A stretch of 63,665 nt of DNA, taken from positions 1 through 63,665 of the forward strand of contig JASLPR010000036.1 in NCBI GenBank assembly GCA_030744875.1. Reading direction: 5' to 3'. Numbering within the stretch: the stretch's first letter is position 1; the number at the start of each line of letters is the position of its first letter. A program made the translations under genes and the position numbers. A model generated the notes under the pieces. The model worked only from the letters and a program-made list of their open reading frames with translations. It was not told where the DNA came from and made no database searches. Of the stretch, positions 58,586 through 63,665 are shown piece after piece. Source of the stretch: Chloroflexota bacterium. GTDB taxonomy: Bacteria; Chloroflexota; UBA11872; VXNJ01.

Positions 58586-61173
58586 CAGGCCGATCCCTTC
58601 CAATCAACTGCCGCGACCGCGACACCGGTCACCAGCAGCAGACCCAGTCCGATCAGGCTGAACACGATCCCGGCCTCATAGCCCGGCGGCGAATAGCTGA
58701 ACTCCACCTGGCTCGCTCCGGCCGGAACCGGCACGGCGAGCACGAGGCGGTTGGCGGTTAGCAGATCGACCGGCCGGCCATCCACACTCGCCGCCCAGCC
58801 GGGCAGGGCACTCTGGTTGAGCACCAGCACCCCGGACCCGCCAGCATCCACCGCGAAACTCCAGTCGCCCGGCTCTGCGCGTAAGACACGTACCACCGCC
58901 GCCAGCGCCGGGGCGGGCGGGATGCCCGGGTCGCCATCCAGCAGCACGATGCGCGGATCGGCGGCGAGGCGGTCTAGGGTGGCCTCCGTCGACTCGGCCG
59001 GGTCGTCGGCCTGCCAGTTGGCGGTCACGTAATAGTCGCCGCGCACGAATGGCAGCCCGTAGACAAAGACCAGTGGGCCCTCCCAATCGAACGGGATCGC
59101 CGCCCGGTGCGAAAAGGTGGCGAGACCCAAGAAATTGACCAGGTCGGTCCCGGCGATGAGGGTCGAAACGCCGAACGCGCCGAGCACCGGCAGGCGTTGG
59201 CGCAGCAACTCCGCCTTGGCCTCCTCGGAAAGTGAATCGTCGCCGGCGAACCCGGCGACGGTGGTCCGCTCGCTGCCCAGGTAGGCCAGCGCCTCGGCCT
59301 GCGTCTGGCTCATCAGGTTCTCGTAGCCGTCCAGGGAACGCAGACCGTAGCGCCCGGCCAGGTTCGGGGTCAGGAGCTCGCGGGCGAAGCGGTACTCGAG
59401 ACGGCGGCGCTCGACCGGGGACAGCTCGCGGCCGGAGCCCAGGCCCAGCTCGGATTTATCGGCCAGCGAGCGGTACGAAAAGACGCGGCCTTCGCGGAGT
59501 TCGCCGACCGCCGACACCGTTACCGGCGTGGAATCGGAGACATCGGGGCCGAGAGTCGGGATGCCGTGGCCGGGAGAAAGCGAGATGTCGATTAGCAGCA
59601 CGGCGGCCAACGCGACAAGCGCCGTCGGGGCCGCCAGCCGGCCGTCGCCCAGTCTCCGCAAGAGTAGAGCCCCCATCGCCGCGGTCAGAACTCCCAGCAG
59701 CGGGGGCCAACCGGACAGCGTAAAGGCGGTCTCCAGTCGCCCGCGCGCCAACGCGAAGGCCCCCAGCCAGCCGGACTCGTTGAAGAAGGCGTTTCGTCCA
59801 CCAACGAATAGGCGGTCGATCGCGCGGTCACCGAACTCGGCGATGGCGCCGCCACCCTTCAAGAGCACTGTCCCGGCAATGAGCGCCACCATCAGCAACA
59901 CCGCGTACCCACCGATCAATCGTCCGGCCTGACGCGCGAACCGGCGGTGGGCGTCGGTGGCACGGGCCAGTTCTTCCAGTCCGAACGCGGTCAGCAAAGC
60001 CAGCGCCAGGATGCCCGGCAGCAGGTAGCGACCGGGTTCGCGAAACAGGTCAAAGACCGGCAGTTTACGCAGCAGGGGGTAAACCGGTGTCGCCTGGCCG
60101 AATGCTAGTAGCCAGCTCAGCCCCAGCAGTACCAGCAGGAAGGCGACCCGGCGCTCGCGCCAGCGCCAAGTTGCGGCGGCAATCGCCAGCACCAACGCCA
60201 GCAGACCGGCGTAGGCCAGCGGCTCGGCGCGCAGCGTCCCGCCCGCCACCCGCGGCAGGTCGAACGCCGGATACACGTAGCCGAGCAGGAGACTCAGCGG
60301 ATTGAGTTCCCCACCGGATGCGGTGGCGGGGTCCATCCCGCCGGCGCGGGTCGAGACCCCGGTAAGCACGATGGTGGGCAGCAGGCGTACGGCTCCGAGC
60401 ATCAACCCCAGCGCGCCGGCGCCCAGCAGCAGGGCAATCAGGCGTCCGGCTGCAACCCAGCCATCATCGCGATACGTCCAGACGAGGCGGAACACCGCGA
60501 ACAGCACCGCCGCGAAGGCCACGACCACGGCCACATGGGGATGCCCGGCCAGGATGACCACCGCCGCCGCGACCGCCAGCACCGGCACGTAGCGATAGCG
60601 CCGCCGAGCCATCCGTTCGATGGCAAGCAGGGACACCGGTAGCACCCAGAATATAGCGGTGAAATTGATGAACACCGACGTGGCAAAGACGAAGGGCGCG
60701 AATCCGTACAGGTACCCACCCACGAAGGCAGCCAGGCGGCCGAAGCCCCACGAGCGCCCGAGCCAGTAGGTCCCCAGCGCCGCCAGCAGCAGCCCGCTGG
60801 CGGTCTCGGAGTGGTACGCCAGTGGCATCGGCAGAAGCCCAAGAAACAGCCACGAAAGCGGGTAGAACCAGCCGAACTCGGAGAACGCAACCGGGAACCC
60901 GCCTAGATAGGTATCGGTCCATATCGGGATTTCGTTGTTAGCGATGCCTTGGTGCAGAATCTCAAAGCGGACCCGGCTGTCGACCAGGAAATCGAGGTCC
61001 AGCCAAGTGCGGCCTTCGAGCAGGAGGCGGCGATAGAGGATCAGCAAAGGTAGCAGGTATCCGACCGCCACGCGCACGCTGGGCGGCAGGCGCAGGAATC
61101 GATCCGCCGCAGCAGCCGCCCATGCCGCAGCCCGCCCCAGCTTCGCCCCCGATCCTGCCGACTGGTCGTTCAT
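58585..61173 (-). CDS. large polytopic membrane protein, YfhO/GT-C-like (putative glycosyltransferase fold)
   Basis: 862 aa. More than 12 N-terminal TM helices, a roughly 300-aa extracytoplasmic domain and one terminal TM helix, which is the architecture typical of YfhO-family proteins. The functional call is tentative. Confidence 0.75.
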   Translation of the reverse strand: MNDQSAGSGAKLGRAAAWAAAAADRFLRLPPSVRVAVGYLLPLLILYRRLLLEGRTWLDLDFLVDSRVRFEILHQGIANNEIPIWTDTYLGGFPVAFSEFGWFYPLSWLFLGLLPMPLAYHSETASGLLLAALGTYWLGRSWGFGRLAAFVGGYLYGFAPFVFATSVFINFTAIFWVLPVSLLAIERMARRRYRYVPVLAVAAAVVILAGHPHVAVVVAFAAVLFAVFRLVWTYRDDGWVAAGRLIALLLGAGALGLMLGAVRLLPTIVLTGVSTRAGGMDPATASGGELNPLSLLLGYVYPAFDLPRVAGGTLRAEPLAYAGLLALVLAIAAATWRWRERRVAFLLVLLGLSWLLAFGQATPVYPLLRKLPVFDLFREPGRYLLPGILALALLTAFGLEELARATDAHRRFARQAGRLIGGYAVLLMVALIAGTVLLKGGGAIAEFGDRAIDRLFVGGRNAFFNESGWLGAFALARGRLETAFTLSGWPPLLGVLTAAMGALLLRRLGDGRLAAPTALVALAAVLLIDISLSPGHGIPTLGPDVSDSTPVTVSAVGELREGRVFSYRSLADKSELGLGSGRELSPVERRRLEYRFARELLTPNLAGRYGLRSLDGYENLMSQTQAEALAYLGSERTTVAGFAGDDSLSEEAKAELLRQRLPVLGAFGVSTLIAGTDLVNFLGLATFSHRAAIPFDWEGPLVFVYGLPFVRGDYYVTANWQADDPAESTEATLDRLAADPRIVLLDGDPGIPPAPALAAVVRVLRAEPGDWSFAVDAGGSGVLVLNQSALPGWAASVDGRPVDLLTANRLVLAVPVPAGASQVEFSYSPPGYEAGIVFSLIGLGLLLVTGVAVAAVDWKGSA

Positions 61174-61291
61174 GGCACAATCCTACCCAGCCGGACTCCA
61201 TCCGGACGACGTTAGGAAACGCGAGATCATTGGCGTTAGGTGATATTGGCGACAGGCATAGCCGGTCACATTGTCTAAATTCAGATTGAGT

Positions 61292-62533
61292 ATGTGGGCG
61301 GCTCGGCAAACCGCGGGAACGTTTGAGGCGAGGTCGGGGCGACGACGAAAACAGGCGACAGTACTGATCGTCGGGGCTGTGCTCGCCGTTGGGCTGGCAA
61401 CAACCTGCCAGTCGAGCACCACGCCGGCCGTACCCACCTCTCCGCTACCCCCGACCGCAGTGACGGTGCTCGTAGAGACGAAGAGCACCGCCGCGCGAGT
61501 GGGCCCGACCGCGACCCGGGCCCCTATCCACCGGATCACCACTCCGGGACCGGAGAGCCCTACCGCAGCGGACACCTTCGACCCGGCCGGACTGACGATT
61601 GGGACCCGGAACCGGTTCATCTCGCTTGACGAACCGGTCATGATCCCGGCCACCGACGCCACCTGGCTGCGGGATGACGAGATCGTGATGGGCCTAGTGG
61701 CCCACAACGGCGAAACCCGTGCGTTCCCTGTCCGCCAGATGGCCTACCACCACATCGCCAACCTCTCCGTCGCCGGGGTCCCCTATCTCGTCACCTACTG
61801 AGTAGTTTGCTCCTCCGGGGTTGAGTTCAACCCCTCCTGGGAAGGGACCGCGTACACCTTCGACGTCGCCGGCCTCTACAACGGGTTGTTCGTTATGGCC
61901 GACCGCCAGACCGGCTCCATCTGGACCCACTACGGGGGCTCCGTGCTGCAGGGTCCGCTGGCCGGCCAGGGCATCCAGCTTGAGATGTTGCCGACGTATC
62001 ACACCACCTGGAGCCAGTGGCGCGACGCCTACCCGGACACGCTGGTGCTGGACTGGTACCCCGAGTTCGCGAACCGCTACCGACCGGTCGGCTTTGAGGT
62101 TGGGGGTGCCGGCCTCGGCCCAGATTTCCGGCTGACCATCCTGAACTGGGACGATCGCCTGCCTGAGAGCGAACTGGTGCTCGGGGTCAATCACCATGGC
62201 GAGCAACGCGCCTACGTGCTGGCCGACATGGACCCCGGGCCGCAGGTGATCGCCAACCGGCTTTCGGGAGACCCGATCGTGATCTTCGCCGACCCGGACG
62301 ACACCTACGCGCTGGCCTTCGTGGCGGTGCTGGACGGCGCGGCCCTGGAGTTCCGCGTCGCGGACGGCGTAATCACCGATCAGTACGGCGTCGCGTGGGA
62401 CCTCAGCGGCCACGCGCTGGGCGGGGACTACGCGGGCCGGCAGCTGCCGTTCGCCACGTCGTTCGTATCGGAGTGGTACGGCTGGTCGGCGTATTTCCCG
62501 GAGACGTCGATCTACAGGCGCCTGGCGGGCTAA
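61292..62533 (+). CDS. DUF3179-family lipoprotein with an in-frame TGA at 61799-61801; candidate selenoprotein (UxxC), or alternatively a nonsense-disrupted gene
   Basis: ORFs 61271-61801 and 61886-62533 are in the same frame, with no other stop between them. The junction reads PYLVTY-TGA-VVCSSGVEF...TFDVAGLYNGLFVMADRQTGSIW, matching the family TYCPLCGSG...TFGVSG...VMYDRET.S.W block. Signal/lipobox-like VLIVGAVLAVGLATTC. Confidence 0.7.
61817..61834 (+). other. candidate bacterial SECIS-like hairpin (GGGGTTG-AGTT-CAACCCC)
   Basis: Perfect 7-bp GC-rich stem starting 15 nt after the TGA. The 4-nt loop AGUU begins 22 nt after the TGA. A possible lower stem forms between UCCUCC (61811-61816) and GGGAAGGG (61839-61846). 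Confidence 0.4.
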
Positions 62534-63525
62534 ATCTCGGCCAAGAACTCGGCGACGACGCGGGTCAGGTCGTCGGGGCGCTCTTCCTGGATGACGTGGC
62601 CGCAGGGGTCAAAGACCTCGAAGCGCACGTCGGCCAGTCCGCCGAGCAGGCGCTGCGTTCCGGCCAGGTCACCAGCGCGGTCCTCGGACGCCCAGACGAC
62701 CAGGGTCGGGATCTTGTTCATCTGCACGATGCCGTTCAGCCCGGCCGGCGAGAGGTGCCGGCCGACGGCGGCGATTGATTCCCAGATGCCGGGGGTGCCG
62801 TAGGGCAGGTATTGCTCGTCGACGATCTCGGGCGTGATTCCGGAGGGGTCGCTGCGGCCGGTATGGTTGGCGAGCACGATCATCGGCCTGAACCCCAGCA
62901 GCAGTTTCAGCACCGGCCGCGCGAAGGGCAGCCGCAGCAGCCGCAGCCCGAAGGCGGTGTGCCGGCGGGGAGCAACGAAGGGAGCCACCATAATGCCGGC
63001 CGAAAAGCGGCGCGGAGTCCGGAACTGGGCGTAGAGCGCGGGGGCGGCGCTGGCCGAGTTGCACATCAGGATGCAGCTCTTGAGGCCCAGCGCGTCCAAG
63101 ACCTGTTCGATCTGGCGCGCCTGGCCGATCCGCGAGTGATCGATGCCGGCGGGCTTGTCGGAAAGCCCATAGCCGAGGAAGTCGCAGCGGTGCAGGCGGT
63201 AGCGATTTTGCAGGCGCTCGGCCACCGCCCGCCAGGTGCGCGAGGTGCCCGCGAAGCCGGGCAACGCCAGGATGTCGGGGCCCTGCCCGAAGCTGTCTAC
63301 ATGAACCCGCCCGTCGGCAATCGGGACCAGCCGGCCGGAGCCGAGGTGGTCTTCGGGATCGACCGGCAGCGGCCGGATGCCCCAGCGGTGGAGCGGGTTG
63401 GGGCTGCGGGCGCGAAGGGCGGCGAGGGACTCTTCGTTCACTGGTGGGGGCGTGCCTTTGCTCGGGTGAATATCGCGGGGGAGAGCCCGTTCCTGTGTGT
63501 GATAGTATCCCAAACCGCCCGACAA
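62530..63525 (-). CDS. alpha/beta hydrolase fold protein
   Basis: GPDILALPGFAGTSRTWRAV (oxyanion-loop region), nucleophile-elbow variant LMCNSASA, and C-terminal DPCGHVIQEERPDD carrying the catalytic His. Confidence 0.8.
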   Translation of the reverse strand: MSGGLGYYHTQERALPRDIHPSKGTPPPVNEESLAALRARSPNPLHRWGIRPLPVDPEDHLGSGRLVPIADGRVHVDSFGQGPDILALPGFAGTSRTWRAVAERLQNRYRLHRCDFLGYGLSDKPAGIDHSRIGQARQIEQVLDALGLKSCILMCNSASAAPALYAQFRTPRRFSAGIMVAPFVAPRRHTAFGLRLLRLPFARPVLKLLLGFRPMIVLANHTGRSDPSGITPEIVDEQYLPYGTPGIWESIAAVGRHLSPAGLNGIVQMNKIPTLVVWASEDRAGDLAGTQRLLGGLADVRFEVFDPCGHVIQEERPDDLTRVVAEFLAEI

Positions 63526-63602
63526 GCTGATTACTACCTTTCTGCCCCCGACGTGACCGAGCCCGGCGCGATCGGCGGCAAACCCGGAGGAAGGACACCC
63601 CT

Positions 63603-63665
63603 TTTGCGCGAATACGAACTCGTTACTATTTTCCCGCCCGGGGAAGAACCCGAACTGCCCGCCGA
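63603..63665 (+). CDS. rpsF: 30S ribosomal protein S6, 5' fragment (runs off window)
   Basis: GGAGGAAGG RBS followed by a TTG start. LREYELVTIFPPGEEPELPA matches the canonical S6 N-terminus (MRxYExxxIxxP). Confidence 0.6.

Overview
High-GC (about two-thirds G+C by eye) bacterial chromosomal window, densely coding and mostly housekeeping. Gene order resembles monoderm/Terrabacteria genomes; the taxonomy is inference only.

Gene content from left to right:
- A possibly 5'-partial AAA+ (AAA_5/CobS/MoxR-like) ATPase with a CobT-like VWA partner.
- rpsA, then clpC-radA-ispD-ispF-cysS-folB.
- On the minus strand, a secreted LGFP-repeat protein and a 1136-aa double-FtsX permease with no ATPase nearby.
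- folE, then mreB-murA and a complete F1Fo atp operon (atpI-like, B, E, F, H, A, G, D, C), all on the minus strand.
- A long minus-strand run: Tat-lipoprotein solute-binding protein, 12-Asp-box BNR protein, LysM protein, glycerate kinase, epimerase, PHP phosphoesterase, M24 peptidase, relA/spoT, recJ.
- A His-motif membrane protein, a ThDP enzyme, and coaX-coaBC.
- Two tandem creatininase-family paralogs, a haem-binding-domain protein and tRNA-Leu(UAA).

Downstream of the tRNA (about 48.5-57.5 kb) the region looks accessory and decaying:
- A NIPSNAP-like ORF with an in-frame TAG.
- A small membrane ORF broken by a 7-bp tandem duplication.
- An ABC-2 transporter operon with one nonsense and two frameshift lesions.
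- Two about 75% identical tandem MalF-type permeases with no partner genes.
- An orphan MhpD-like hydratase.
- An MFS transporter that appears to lack TM3-TM6.

The window ends with a YfhO-like polytopic membrane protein translationally coupled to a Cys/His-rich secreted protein, a DUF3179 lipoprotein gene, an alpha/beta hydrolase and the start of rpsF.

The most interesting signal is in the DUF3179 gene. It carries a single in-frame TGA exactly where the family's first CxxC cysteine is expected. A perfect 7-bp hairpin follows 15 nt downstream, which is the geometry of a bacterial SECIS element. This makes it a candidate UxxC selenoprotein; the alternative is a nonsense pseudogene.

No CRISPR array, transposase or integrase was seen.
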